Shown one piece after another: positions 27,288 through 36,630 of a stretch of 64,000 bases of DNA (within the stretch, counting starts at the first letter, position 1; the number at the start of each line of letters is the position of its first letter). The notes under the pieces were generated by a model. That model made no database searches and had not been told where the DNA came from. It saw nothing but the letters and a program-made list of their open reading frames with translations. A program made the translations under genes and the position numbers. The stretch is from Haliangiales bacterium (GTDB taxonomy: Bacteria; Myxococcota_A; Polyangia; Haliangiales; Haliangiaceae): positions 85,117-149,116 of the forward strand of contig JAYRZI010000002.1 of NCBI GenBank assembly GCA_041916575.1. Reading direction: 5' to 3'.

Positions 27288-28052
27288 ATGTGGCCCGCGC
27301 TCGTGCCGACGCTCGCGCTCCTTGGCACCGGCGTGGTCGTTGGCTGGGTGAACACCTTGGCAGGGGCGGGCGGCCTGCTCGCGTTTCCGGCGCTGCTGCT
27401 GGCCGGGCTCGATGCTCACACCGCCAACGGGACGTTGCGGGTGGCGATCCTCGCGCAGTGCCTAGTAGGGGTCACCGCTTTTCGCCGCGCCGGGCGCCTG
27501 CCGCTGGCGCCTCTTCGCTCGGTCTTGCCGCTGGTCGTGGCCGGCGCGGCCGCCGGCTCTTGGGTCGCAACTTCCTTGGCCGTTGGAACCCTCGCCGTGA
27601 TCGAGCTGGTGGTGCTGTGTGTGGTGGCGTTCAGCTTGCTGGTGCGCCAGAGCTGGCTCGTGCCCGAGCACGATGAAGAGCCACGTGCGCTGTCGTGGGG
27701 GACGGCGCTAGGGCTCCTGGGCACCGGCTTCTATGGCGGCGTGGTCCAGGCGGGCGTCGGCCTGCTGCTGGTCGCGGTGCTGTGCGGAGGCATGCGCTTC
27801 GATCTGGTGCGAGGCAACGCCATCAAGCTGGCGGTGACCTTGTCCTTCAACGTGGTCAGCCTGGCCATCTTCCTTGGCGCGGGGCAGGTCGAGTGGCGCC
27901 GTGGTGCCCTGCTGGCGGGCGGCAGCGTGGTCGGCGCCTTGATCGCCGTGCGCTTCGCCGTGCGGCGCGGCCAGGAGGCGATCCGCTGGGTCATCATCAT
28001 CGCCGTGCTAGCGGCGGTGGCGGTCTTGGTGAGCCGGCAGCTCGGGAGCTAG
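27288..28052 (+). CDS. TSUP family (TauE/SafE) membrane transporter
   Basis: 254 aa, polytopic, Gly-rich TM segments with the internal repeat typical of TSUP permeases. Confidence 0.8.
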   Translation: MWPALVPTLALLGTGVVVGWVNTLAGAGGLLAFPALLLAGLDAHTANGTLRVAILAQCLVGVTAFRRAGRLPLAPLRSVLPLVVAGAAAGSWVATSLAVGTLAVIELVVLCVVAFSLLVRQSWLVPEHDEEPRALSWGTALGLLGTGFYGGVVQAGVGLLLVAVLCGGMRFDLVRGNAIKLAVTLSFNVVSLAIFLGAGQVEWRRGALLAGGSVVGALIAVRFAVRRGQEAIRWVIIIAVLAAVAVLVSRQLGS

Positions 28053-28065
28053 TTCCTAGTCCGAG

Positions 28066-28461
28066 CTAGCCCGCGACCTGGCGCGTCCAATCGGGCAGGT
28101 TGTAGTAGTTGGTCACTCGCGCGATGCGGCCGTCCCGCAGCTCGAAGAACGCGCCTACAGCCAGCCGGTACGGCTGACCGTGCGCCGGCGGCAGCCCTTC
28201 GTCGGTTTGCAAGTAGCTGCCTTCGATCACGAACTCGGCGGCGGCGCGGTCGCCGGCGCACATGACCACGAGATCGACCACGCGCTCGCGGTAGTGGTGA
28301 TCCATGCGAGCCAAGAAGGCGGTGAACGCCTCCTTGCCGCGCTCCCTCGCTCCCTGGTTGATGTCGTGGATGACATCTTCGGTGAGGAGCGCGAGCATGC
28401 CGGCATAGTCGCGCCGGTTGAAGGCATCGTAGTAGCGCTCGATGAGCTCTTGGGACGACAT
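28066..28461 (-). CDS. nuclear transport factor 2 family protein (SnoaL / ketosteroid-isomerase-like)
   Basis: 131 aa; …LIERYYDAFNRRDYAGMLALLTEDVIHD… is the NTF2-like fold signature. Confidence 0.7.
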   Translation of the reverse strand: MSSQELIERYYDAFNRRDYAGMLALLTEDVIHDINQGARERGKEAFTAFLARMDHHYRERVVDLVVMCAGDRAAAEFVIEGSYLQTDEGLPPAHGQPYRLAVGAFFELRDGRIARVTNYYNLPDWTRQVAG

Positions 28462-28524
28462 GCCGCCACCTTACTCGACGCGGCTCACGAAGGGAGTTGC
28501 GGCCCTCGCGAAAGCGCCGCCGAG

Positions 28525-28776
28525 CTACGGCGCGGCGGAGGTGGGAACTGGAGAAACTCTGCCCGGCGTCATGAGGTTGCGCGCGTCTTCTCGGTCGTCG
28601 CGAGCCTGGTCGGGCGTACGACACACCTCGCGCTCGATGTTGCTGCCGAGCGGGCGCTCCTTGTGGCAGCCGGCACCATCATTGGAGGTTGGGGTCGTGT
28701 TCTCGCCGGCAGGCACCGGCGCACCACAACCCACGGCCCAGAGCAAGAAGAGACCAACTAGTAGAGCTCGCGTCAT
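28525..28776 (-). CDS. small lipoprotein, paralog 1 of a tandem trio
   Basis: 83 aa from MTRALLVGLFLLWAVGCG (lipobox), with conserved …GAGCHKERPLGSNIEREVCRTPDQARDDREDARNLM…. The upstream part of the track ORF is not counted. Confidence 0.5.
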   Translation of the reverse strand: MTRALLVGLFLLWAVGCGAPVPAGENTTPTSNDGAGCHKERPLGSNIEREVCRTPDQARDDREDARNLMTPGRVSPVPTSAAP

Positions 28777-28831
28777 CGATTGCACCTTGGTTGCTGGCGC
28801 ACGACCGTGCGCTATCTCTAGTTTACACCGG

Positions 28832-29116
28832 CTAGTTGACACCGGGCATGCGGCCTGGCTCGGGCAGTGGTACCCGACTCGGGCGCATGAGATCGCGAGC
28901 CTCCTCCCGATCGCGGTGGACTTGGTCTGGGGTGCGGCACACCTCGCGCGAGATGTTGCTCCCCACCGGTCGCTCGGTATGACAACCGGCCCCGTCGTCG
29001 CCGAGACCGCTCTGCTGGGCGGCCGGCGCGGCGGGCTCGCTCGAATGTGCCCCACAGCCGGCTAGGATCGAGAAACCACTGATGACCAACGACCAGGCAA
29101 GCTCCACTCTCCGCAT
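28832..29116 (-). CDS. small lipoprotein, paralog 2
   Basis: 94 aa; lipobox ILAGCG; …GAGCHTERPVGSNISREVCRTPDQVHRDREEARDLM… shares the motif with paralogs 1 and 3. Confidence 0.5.
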   Translation of the reverse strand: MRRVELAWSLVISGFSILAGCGAHSSEPAAPAAQQSGLGDDGAGCHTERPVGSNISREVCRTPDQVHRDREEARDLMRPSRVPLPEPGRMPGVN

Positions 29117-29223
29117 CTCATGTCGGTATCACGGTCTCAGGACAGGCTGTGTGGCCTCATCGATTGCAGGCGATGGCCGGGTGAGCGATGGACACCGCAC
29201 CAGCGACACCTGGCCGTCGAGGA

Positions 29224-29493
29224 TCATCGGCCGCCAGCAGCGCCGACCGGTCGGTCGGGCAGCTTGGGGACCGGGCGGTTGACGAACTCGCGCGACTTCT
29301 GGCGCTCTTCGAACATCTGGTCCTCGGTGCGACAGACCGTGCGGCCGATGTGGCTACCCGTTGGATATTCCTGATGGCAATACATGGTGTCGCCATCGTC
29401 GTTCTTCATCGTGAAGGTCTCTTTTCCACGCGACCCCGTGTTGCCACAGCCGACGATTGCCAGGAAAAGAACACCGATAGTCACGCTCCGCAT
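29224..29493 (-). CDS. small lipoprotein, paralog 3
   Basis: 89 aa from MRSVTIGVLFLAIVGCGN; …CHQEYPTGSHIGRTVCRTEDQMFEERQKSREFV…. The 523-aa track ORF is mostly antisense artefact. Confidence 0.5.
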   Translation of the reverse strand: MRSVTIGVLFLAIVGCGNTGSRGKETFTMKNDDGDTMYCHQEYPTGSHIGRTVCRTEDQMFEERQKSREFVNRPVPKLPDRPVGAAGGR

Positions 29494-29607
29494 GGAGCGA
29501 CTGTAGCAAGCTGGTGCTCCATCGGTGCGACAAAAACGCCGGGACCGGGTGGGCCATGACGCGGTGTGCTTGCCGGCCCGGCAGCGTTTGCGCCAGACTG
29601 ACCGGCC

Positions 29608-32076
29608 GTGACGACGCCACTCGCCAAAGCCATGGCCGACCTCGGCTGGCCCCACCTGATCGAGCACTGGGCCAAGCGCTGCGCCACCCGTCGCGGGCAG
29701 GAGCGCGTCGTCTCCGCGCCGCTGTTCGACGAAGTGGAGGAGGCACGGGCTCGTGCAGCCGAGATCACCGAGGCGCGGCTCTTGCTCGCCGATGACGCTG
29801 CGCTGCCGGTGGCAGGGGTGGAGGCAGTGGCCGGCGCCATCGAGCGCGTGCGCAAGGCCGCCGCGCTGGAGGCCGCCGAGCTGGTCGCCGTTGCCCGCAC
29901 CGGACGCGCCCTCGGGCGGCTGCGCGAGCACTTGAAGGGCCACAGCACCTTGGCGCCGCGGCTGTGGCAGCGCGCCGCAGAGCTGGCCGATGTCAGCCAC
30001 GTCAGCCTGCCCATCCTGGAGGCCTTCGACACCGAGGGCCGCCTCGTCGATCACGCCAGCGACGAGCTGGGCCCGCTGCGCCGCGCGTTGGCGGCGATCA
30101 AGATGCAGCTCGAGAAGCGCATGAAGGGCCTGCTCGAGGACGAGCGCTATGCGCCCTACCTGCAGGACACGTACTACACGCAGCGCGAGGACCGCTACGT
30201 GTTGCCGGTGCGCACCGATGGCAAGGGCTTCGTGCGCGGCATCGTTCATGGCACGTCGCAGAGCGGCCAGACCTTGTTCATCGAGCCCGATGAGATCATC
30301 GAGCTCAACAACAAGATGAAGCTCGCCGAGTGCGACGTGGCCGATGAGGAGCGGCGCATCCTCGTTCGCTTCTCGGGGTGGGTGGCGGAGGAGGCCGAGG
30401 CCTTCGCGCAGGGGCTCGCCATCGCCGAGCTCCTCGATGTGATCGCGGCGGCGGCGCAGCTCGCCGAGGATCTGGTGGCGGCAGAGCCGGTGTTCGCCGA
30501 CGAGCCGCGGGTTGGGCTCTTGCACGTTCGCCATCCGCTGATGCTGCTGGCGCAGCGCCGCTGTGTCGCCAACGATGTCACCGTCGCCGCTGGCGCGACG
30601 TTGGTCATCTCGGGGCCCAACGCCGGCGGCAAGACGGTGGCGCTCAAGAGCGTGGGGCTCTGCGCCTTGATGGCGCGCGCGGGGTTGCACTTGCCGGCAG
30701 AGGGCGGCAGCGCCATCGGCTGGTTCACCGAGGTGCGCACCGACATCGGCGATGCGCAGAGCCTCGAGCAGAACCTGTCCACGTTCTCGGGCCACATGCT
30801 CAACGTGCGCGATCTCCTAGCGAGCTGCGGCCCGGGCTCGCTGGTGCTCATCGACGAAATCGCGGTGGGCACCGATCCCGATCAAGGGGCCGCGTTGGCG
30901 CAGGCGGTACTCGAGGCGCTAGCCGAGCGCGGCGTCACCGGCATGGTGACCACTCACTACGAGCGGCTCAAGGCCCTCGGCGCTACCGATCCGCGCTTCG
31001 CCAACGCCTCGGTGGGCTTCGATCTCGCGCGCCTCGAGCCCACCTTCAAGCTGCACCTGGGCATCCCGGGGAGCTCGGGCGCGCTGGCGGTCGCGCGCCG
31101 CATGGGCGTCTCCGCGGCGGTGGTGGACCGCGCCACCGCGCTGCTCGGCGGTCTCGGCGCCAAGGTCGAAGATCTGCTCGCCAACGTGCTCGAGCAACAG
31201 CGGCGCCTCGAGAGCGAGCGCGCGGCGCTGCTCGAGGAGCTCGAGTCCGCCGAGGCGGACCGCCTGGCGGCTCGGGCCCAGCGCGAGCGTCTGCGCGCCC
31301 GACACGAGCGCGAGGCGCGCGCCGCCCACGGCGAGGCGGTGGCGGCGCTGCGGGTGACGCGGCGAGAGATCGAGGAGATCCGCCGCCAGCTCAAGGTGAA
31401 GCTGGCCGAGGCCGAGGGCTCGCCCGAGCGGATGCGCGACGAGCTGCGCGAGGCGCAGAAGCTGCTCGCGGCCTCGGCCCAAGACGTGGCGCGCCTCGAG
31501 CCGCCGCGGCCCAAGCTGCCGGGGCGCGCCGCCAAGCGCGACGAGCTGGTGGCAGGGGCGCTGGTGATCGTGCCGCGGCTCGGCCGCGCCGAGCTCGCTG
31601 CCACGCCGGCGCCGGATGCCGACACCGTGGAGGTGCGCCTGGGCCCCATGCGCGCGTTCGTGCCGGTGTCCGACGTGCTCATCGACACCCACCGCACGGC
31701 GGCGCGCGCGGCGCGCGGACGCGGCGAAGAGGTAGCGCTGGGTCCGCTCGCGGTCCCAGGCGCGCCGCCGCCGACCGCCAAGGTGCAGCTCGTGGACGGC
31801 GCGGTCGACGGCAAGATGTCGGCGCGAACCCCCGAGCGCACCATCGACGTGCGCGGCATGAGGGCCGACGAAGCCGTGGCCGCGCTCGATCGCTTCATCG
31901 ACGAGAGCCTGCTCGCCGAACGCGACGGCGCCTTCGTCATCCACGGCCACGGCACCGGCGCGCTCAAGAACGCCGTGCGCCAGCACGTCAAAGGCCACAA
32001 GGCGATCTCGCGCTTTCGGCCTGGCGAGGCCAGCGAGGGCGGCGACGGCGTGACAGTGCTGGTCCTGGCCGGCTAG
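29608..32076 (+). CDS. mutS2: endonuclease MutS2 (MutS domains III to V plus a C-terminal Smr domain)
   Basis: Walker A GPNAGGKT, then …LIDEIAVGTDP…, a coiled-coil region, and a C-terminal Smr (…TIDVRGMRADEAVAALDRFIDESLLAERDGAFVIHGHGTGALK…). Start is 29608 or 29632. Confidence 0.85.
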   Translation: MTTPLAKAMADLGWPHLIEHWAKRCATRRGQERVVSAPLFDEVEEARARAAEITEARLLLADDAALPVAGVEAVAGAIERVRKAAALEAAELVAVARTGRALGRLREHLKGHSTLAPRLWQRAAELADVSHVSLPILEAFDTEGRLVDHASDELGPLRRALAAIKMQLEKRMKGLLEDERYAPYLQDTYYTQREDRYVLPVRTDGKGFVRGIVHGTSQSGQTLFIEPDEIIELNNKMKLAECDVADEERRILVRFSGWVAEEAEAFAQGLAIAELLDVIAAAAQLAEDLVAAEPVFADEPRVGLLHVRHPLMLLAQRRCVANDVTVAAGATLVISGPNAGGKTVALKSVGLCALMARAGLHLPAEGGSAIGWFTEVRTDIGDAQSLEQNLSTFSGHMLNVRDLLASCGPGSLVLIDEIAVGTDPDQGAALAQAVLEALAERGVTGMVTTHYERLKALGATDPRFANASVGFDLARLEPTFKLHLGIPGSSGALAVARRMGVSAAVVDRATALLGGLGAKVEDLLANVLEQQRRLESERAALLEELESAEADRLAARAQRERLRARHEREARAAHGEAVAALRVTRREIEEIRRQLKVKLAEAEGSPERMRDELREAQKLLAASAQDVARLEPPRPKLPGRAAKRDELVAGALVIVPRLGRAELAATPAPDADTVEVRLGPMRAFVPVSDVLIDTHRTAARAARGRGEEVALGPLAVPGAPPPTAKVQLVDGAVDGKMSARTPERTIDVRGMRADEAVAALDRFIDESLLAERDGAFVIHGHGTGALKNAVRQHVKGHKAISRFRPGEASEGGDGVTVLVLAG

Positions 32077-32272
32077 CCGCTCAGCTCTTGCCGAAGAGGC
32101 GGGTCCAGAAGCCTCCGCCCGTGCCGCTCGAGGACTTGCCCTCGGCGCGGCACTGACATCGCTGGCCAGGCGGCACGTCGGCTAGCACCTGCTCGACATG
32201 AGCACCGCAGCCGGCGAATGAAGGACGACCACAAGTGGAGCAATCGATGCGTCTACACATGGGGAAAGCCTC

Positions 32273-32656
32273 TCACATTCCTCGCTGGGCGGCTTGCCCT
32301 GCGCGCATCGGGCTCGCGGAGCGCTTCACTTCGTTCATGTCGAGCGCGCGCACCTTGCGCACCAGCTCGTCAAGCGCCGGCCCCGGTAGCACGCCTGCTT
32401 GCTTGGCCAGCAGCACGCCGTCGCGGAACACCAGCAACGAGGGAATTGCCTGAATGGAGAACGCCGCCGCCAGTGCTTGCTCGGTCTCGGTGTTCACCTT
32501 GCCGAACACCACGTCGGGATGGCGCGCCGCCGCCGCCTCGAACACCGGCGCGAACGCGCGGCACGGGCCACACCACGACGCCCAGAAATCGAGCAGGACG
32601 ATGCCCTTCTCGACGGTGGAGTGAAAGTTCTTCGCAGTCACGGTTTGTGCGGGCAT
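32273..32656 (-). CDS. thioredoxin
   Basis: WCGPC active site. ATG at 32656 is preceded by GGAGGA with a 4-nt spacer. Confidence 0.8.
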   Translation of the reverse strand: MPAQTVTAKNFHSTVEKGIVLLDFWASWCGPCRAFAPVFEAAAARHPDVVFGKVNTETEQALAAAFSIQAIPSLLVFRDGVLLAKQAGVLPGPALDELVRKVRALDMNEVKRSASPMRAGQAAQRGM

Positions 32657-32809
32657 GACATCCTCCAAGGATCTCGTATCGCGAGAGCCACCGGCGCCTG
32701 GAAGGATTCATCCCGGCGTTGCGATGTTGCAGTTTCTGGTAAGCACGCTCGCGGTCCCTGGCAAGCGCCGCGTCGGGCGCGGCGAGTTGTCGCGCTGCCC
32801 GAGCTGCGC

Positions 32810-33685
32810 TTAGTCCGCCGGCGGGAGCTGGCCGTTTTTGGCCACGGGAACCATCAAGTGCGTGGCCTCTTGGAGCACCACCTGGACCTGCGGCAAGTTG
32901 CCAAACAGCGGATTGAGATGGCGCAGCATCAGGTTCACCGGCGCGATCCATACGCTCTGGGTGGCCTGGAACTTCTCCAGGTCGGTCCAGCGCAGGATGT
33001 TGAGCACCGCTTGCGGGATCGCCTGGTTGTTCTTGCGGACCGGCACGCAGAGCTGACGAGCCTGCGGTCCGAGCGCCATCTGATGTGCAGGGATGTTGGT
33101 GAGCTGCGGGTTGAGCTGGTGGAGCGTCAGCGAGAAGTTCGGGTGCTGTGCGGGCTGGGTGTCCCAGCACTCGAGATCGAGGTAGCGCACGAACTGCGAG
33201 ACATTGTCCGGTGGCAGCACGTTGTTCTTGGCCACCGGCACGCAGAGCTGCGCGGGCCGAGTGAGCGCGACAGGGTGCTGCGGCAAGCCGGCCAGCACCG
33301 GGTTTAGGTGCGTGAGCGTGAGCGGCACCGGGTTGGCGAGCGGCTGCGCCTCCAGGCGGTAGCACGCGAAGTCGACGTGACGGACGAAGGGCAGCGCCGT
33401 CGCGCTCGGCCCGCTCTGGTTCTTGCGCACGGGCACGCAAGTCTGCTGGAGCTCGCGCACGATCACCTGATGCGCGGGCAGTCCCAGCCCGACCAACACG
33501 GGGTTTAGATGGGTCAGGGTCAGGTTCACGTTCAGGGCCGGCCCCGGGGTGCGGTAGCACTCGAGGTCGAGCCCCGACACCAGGTCTTGCGGCGTGGGCA
33601 AGGCCTGCGCCTGGGCGGTGGAGTGAGCGAAGAGGGCGCCCGCAGCAGAGAGCAGCGCGGGGAGGAGAACACGTCGGAGGTTCAT
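32810..33685 (-). CDS. secreted protein made of four tandem roughly 70-aa repeats
   Basis: Signal peptide MNLRRVLLPALLSAAGALFAHSTAQA. Four units of the form LDLECYRT…LTLTHLNPVL…QLCVPV(R/A)KN, each with two Cys. No known domain recognised. Confidence 0.55.
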   Translation of the reverse strand: MNLRRVLLPALLSAAGALFAHSTAQAQALPTPQDLVSGLDLECYRTPGPALNVNLTLTHLNPVLVGLGLPAHQVIVRELQQTCVPVRKNQSGPSATALPFVRHVDFACYRLEAQPLANPVPLTLTHLNPVLAGLPQHPVALTRPAQLCVPVAKNNVLPPDNVSQFVRYLDLECWDTQPAQHPNFSLTLHQLNPQLTNIPAHQMALGPQARQLCVPVRKNNQAIPQAVLNILRWTDLEKFQATQSVWIAPVNLMLRHLNPLFGNLPQVQVVLQEATHLMVPVAKNGQLPPAD

Positions 33686-33841
33686 GACAGGGCCTTTCTG
33701 CGATTGCGCGAAGCCACAAGTGCACGCCGCGAGCCAGCCGCCGAGTCGCGGGCGCACGCGCACTTGCGCGCCCTCGGTGGCGGTGGCGTGGCGATGCGTG
33801 CTTCGGCTGCATGCCGATTCGGCAGGAGGCTGTCGAAATGG

Positions 33842-33859
33842 CTAGACCGAATGGTCTAG
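33842..33859. promoter_or_regulatory. inverted repeat CTAGACC-GAAT-GGTCTAG, candidate TetR-type operator
   Basis: Perfect 7-bp arms seen directly about 30 bp upstream of the TetR-family gene start at 33888, in a locally AT-richer stretch. Confidence 0.35.
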
Positions 33860-33887
33860 TCAATGATAGAAGCCCCTCTCCCACCTC

Positions 33888-34556
33888 ATGCGCCCCACCA
33901 GCCCCCCCAGGCGCTCAGCCTCCGAGCTGCGCGCCGGCGATCGCGCGTCGGCGCGGCCGAACGCCGAGGGCCACACCCGCGCTCGCTTGCTCGAGGCGGC
34001 GCTGCTGCTGTTTCGCCAGCGCGGCTTCCACGGCGTCGCGGTCAGCGATGTGCTGCAGGCCGCCGGAGCTCCCAAGGGCTGCCTCTATCATCATTTTCCC
34101 GGTGGCAAGGAGCAGATGGCGGTGGCGGTGATCGAGGAGGTCGCGGCGCAGGTGGTGGCGCTCCTGGCGGCCGAGCCCAAGACGACGACAGCGGCGCAGG
34201 CGCTGGCTCGCTTCGGCGACCGGCTGCAGCGCTGGATGCAGAGTACCTCTCGCGCTCCGGGCTCTGGCGCGTGCGCGCTCATCGCCTCGTTCGCGGCCGA
34301 GGGCGAGACCGCACCCGCGGTGGCGGCGGCGGCCAAGGCCGCGTATCAACAGATCGCCGGAGTCCTGTCACGGCGGCTGCAGTCCGAGGGGCTCGATGAG
34401 CCGCGCGCGCAGCGCACCGCGCTGCTGGTGATCTCCACCATCGAAGGCGCCGGCCTGGTGAGCCAGGCCCTCGGTGACGCCTCGTTGTTCACCGCCGCGC
34501 TCGAGCGCGCGGTGGCGCTTTGCGAAGTCACTCCCAAGCCAGAGGTAGCATCATGA
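33888..34556 (+). CDS. TetR/AcrR family transcriptional regulator
   Basis: N-terminal helix-turn-helix …RARLLEAALLLFRQRGFHGVAVSDVLQAAGAPKGCLYHHFPGGKEQM…. Confidence 0.8.
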   Translation: MRPTSPPRRSASELRAGDRASARPNAEGHTRARLLEAALLLFRQRGFHGVAVSDVLQAAGAPKGCLYHHFPGGKEQMAVAVIEEVAAQVVALLAAEPKTTTAAQALARFGDRLQRWMQSTSRAPGSGACALIASFAAEGETAPAVAAAAKAAYQQIAGVLSRRLQSEGLDEPRAQRTALLVISTIEGAGLVSQALGDASLFTAALERAVALCEVTPKPEVAS

Positions 34557-35026
34557 GTCGAGCTGCGATCGAGAGCTTTTATGCCGCATTCTCGCGGCTA
34601 GATGGCGCGGCGATGAAGGCCGCCTACGCCGACAGCGCCACCTTCCGCGATGAGGTGTTCACGCTGGCCGGGCGAGACCAGATCGGGGGCATGTGGATGA
34701 TGCTCACCGAGGCCATCCGCAGCAAGGGCCAGGACGCCTGGCGGCTCGAGGTCAGCGCCGTCACCGACAGCTCCGCGCACTGGGAGCCGCACTATCGCTT
34801 CAGCGCCACCGGCCGGCTGGTCCACAACGTCATCGATGCGCGCTTCCGGTTCGATGCCGAGGGCAAGATCGTCGAGCACGTCGATTCGTTTCCGTTCTGG
34901 CGCTGGGCGCGGCAGGCGCTGGGGCCAAGCGGCCTGCTCTTGGGCTGGACTCCGCTTTTGCGCAACAAGGTGCGTGCCACCGCGGCCAAGAACTTGGCCA
35001 CCTTCCTGGCCAAGCAGGCCCCTTAG
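34553..35026 (+). CDS. nuclear transport factor 2 family protein (SnoaL-like)
   Basis: Start MSRAAIESFYAAFSRLDGAAMKAAYADSATFRDEVF; it overlaps the TetR stop (ATGA). Confidence 0.65.
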   Translation: MSRAAIESFYAAFSRLDGAAMKAAYADSATFRDEVFTLAGRDQIGGMWMMLTEAIRSKGQDAWRLEVSAVTDSSAHWEPHYRFSATGRLVHNVIDARFRFDAEGKIVEHVDSFPFWRWARQALGPSGLLLGWTPLLRNKVRATAAKNLATFLAKQAP

Positions 35027-35065
35027 CCAGCGTGCGACGTTTCGCGTCGGCGATTCGCGAGGCGA

Positions 35066-35503
35066 GTGGTTGTCCGGAGCGGCTCGGGGCGGCACCATGG
35101 TGCGGTGACAGAGCCCGCAACGCCGTTTTCTTTGCTTGGGGGCGCCGAGCGCGTGCGCGCGCTGGTGGAGCGCTTCTACGACACGATGGAAGAGCGCGAG
35201 CCCGCGCTGGCCGCGCTGCACCACCTCGATGAGGGAGGCCGGATCCCTCGCGCCTTTCGCGATCGCTTCGCGCTGTTCCTCATCGGCTGGCTCGGCGGCC
35301 CGCAAGAGTACATCGAGCGCCATGGTCACCCGCGCCTGCGAATGCGCCACGCGCGCGTCGTGGTGGACGTGGCCATGCGCGACGCCTGGCTGCGCAGCAT
35401 GACGGCGGCCATGGATGGCGAGGGTCTCGCGGGGCCCGTGCGCGAGTTCCTCGATCGGCGCTTCGCCGAGGTGGCGGACTTTCTGCGCAACGTGGCCGAG
35501 TAG
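35066..35503 (+). CDS. group 2 truncated haemoglobin (GlbO-like)
   Basis: …FSLLGGAERVRALVERFYDTM…RFALFLIGWLGGPQEY…H…MRDAWLRSM… is the trHbO pattern. GTG start at 35066 or 35105. Confidence 0.7.
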   Translation: MVVRSGSGRHHGAVTEPATPFSLLGGAERVRALVERFYDTMEEREPALAALHHLDEGGRIPRAFRDRFALFLIGWLGGPQEYIERHGHPRLRMRHARVVVDVAMRDAWLRSMTAAMDGEGLAGPVREFLDRRFAEVADFLRNVAE

Positions 35504-35526
35504 CCGGAAGCGGGCGGCGCAGCCGG

Positions 35527-36534
35527 TCAGGGCCTGGCCTTGGCAGGGCGTGGCTCGAGCTGTAGCGACAGGTCCAAGGTGCCCAGGTCCTCGGTGATGG
35601 TGTCGCTGGCGCTGCCATCGGCGAGGCGCAGCCGCTGGTGTCGCCGCGCCTCGAGGTCGAGCCGGCCCACCGGCAGCGGCGCATCGAGGCGCACGGTCAC
35701 CTCCCCGGTGACGGCGCGAAAGAGGGCGACCAGCTCGAGCGCGGCGCCGGCTGGAAGGTCGGCGATGGACAGTCGCTGCGCGTCGCCGATCCGGCGCACG
35801 TCCACCGCCAGGCGCAAGCTTTGGCCGGTGCGAGCGACCAGGCGGTAGCGCGCGACCTGCTCGACCTCCGCCGCGCCTTGTTGCAGCCGGCTGATGACGG
35901 TCCAGCGCGCGCCAGGGCCCACCGCGGCCTCCGGCAACGGGACCACGGAGCCGAGCAGGCGCTGCGCCAGCTCGTCGCGGTGAGCTTGCGCCTGGGCTTC
36001 GTCGGGAAAGCTCAACGCGCCGAGCGTGCCGCGCGCGTCTATCGCTACCAGCGCGCGCCGGCCTTCGAGGAGCGCCCGCCAGCGTGCCACGTACGGTGCG
36101 GCGCCTTCGCCCTCGATCTGGACGGCCTCGCCGCGCCAGACCAGCGTGCCTGCCTCGGCGCCGGGCTCCATCGTGAAGCGCTCGGTGATCGCGGGCACGT
36201 CGATGGCGGGAGGGATCGTGGTCGGCGCGAAGGTCCGCGCACGCAGCGCGGCGCGGGCCTGGTAATGGATGGCCGACGGCGTGGGAGCGTAGCGCAGCGT
36301 GGTGCGCGGAGGCCGGCCAGCGCTCTCGAGCGTGAAGGCCAAGCGGGTGGGAAGCGCTAGCGCTGGCGCGGTTGGCGGCGCCGCTGAGGCCTTGAGCTCC
36401 ACCGCGGCGGCCGGCCCCGCGTCGGGCGCGGTACGTGCTGCGGACGCCGGCTCGGTGCGCTCGGCCGCGCTCGAGCAGGCGAGCAGGGCCAGGGCCCAGA
36501 GCCCGTGGCGTAAGCCTCGCAGGCGGCCGTTCAT
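35527..36534 (-). CDS. hypothetical lipoprotein
   Basis: Lipobox LALLACSS; Ala/Pro-rich; no recognisable domain. Confidence 0.5.
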   Translation of the reverse strand: MNGRLRGLRHGLWALALLACSSAAERTEPASAARTAPDAGPAAAVELKASAAPPTAPALALPTRLAFTLESAGRPPRTTLRYAPTPSAIHYQARAALRARTFAPTTIPPAIDVPAITERFTMEPGAEAGTLVWRGEAVQIEGEGAAPYVARWRALLEGRRALVAIDARGTLGALSFPDEAQAQAHRDELAQRLLGSVVPLPEAAVGPGARWTVISRLQQGAAEVEQVARYRLVARTGQSLRLAVDVRRIGDAQRLSIADLPAGAALELVALFRAVTGEVTVRLDAPLPVGRLDLEARRHQRLRLADGSASDTITEDLGTLDLSLQLEPRPAKARP

Positions 36535-36630
36535 GGGTCATCAGTTCGACCGATCGGCGCGGCTCGACAGGGCTTGGGCGCCGGGGCGCCGGTTCTCATC
36601 GCCGATTTCGAAGGTGCGGATGGCCGCGGG

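Noticed and set aside
34598-36541. 647-aa minus-strand ORF
   Set aside because: It is antisense to the NTF2-like and globin genes and partly overlaps the lipoprotein gene in another frame; Arg/Pro-rich.
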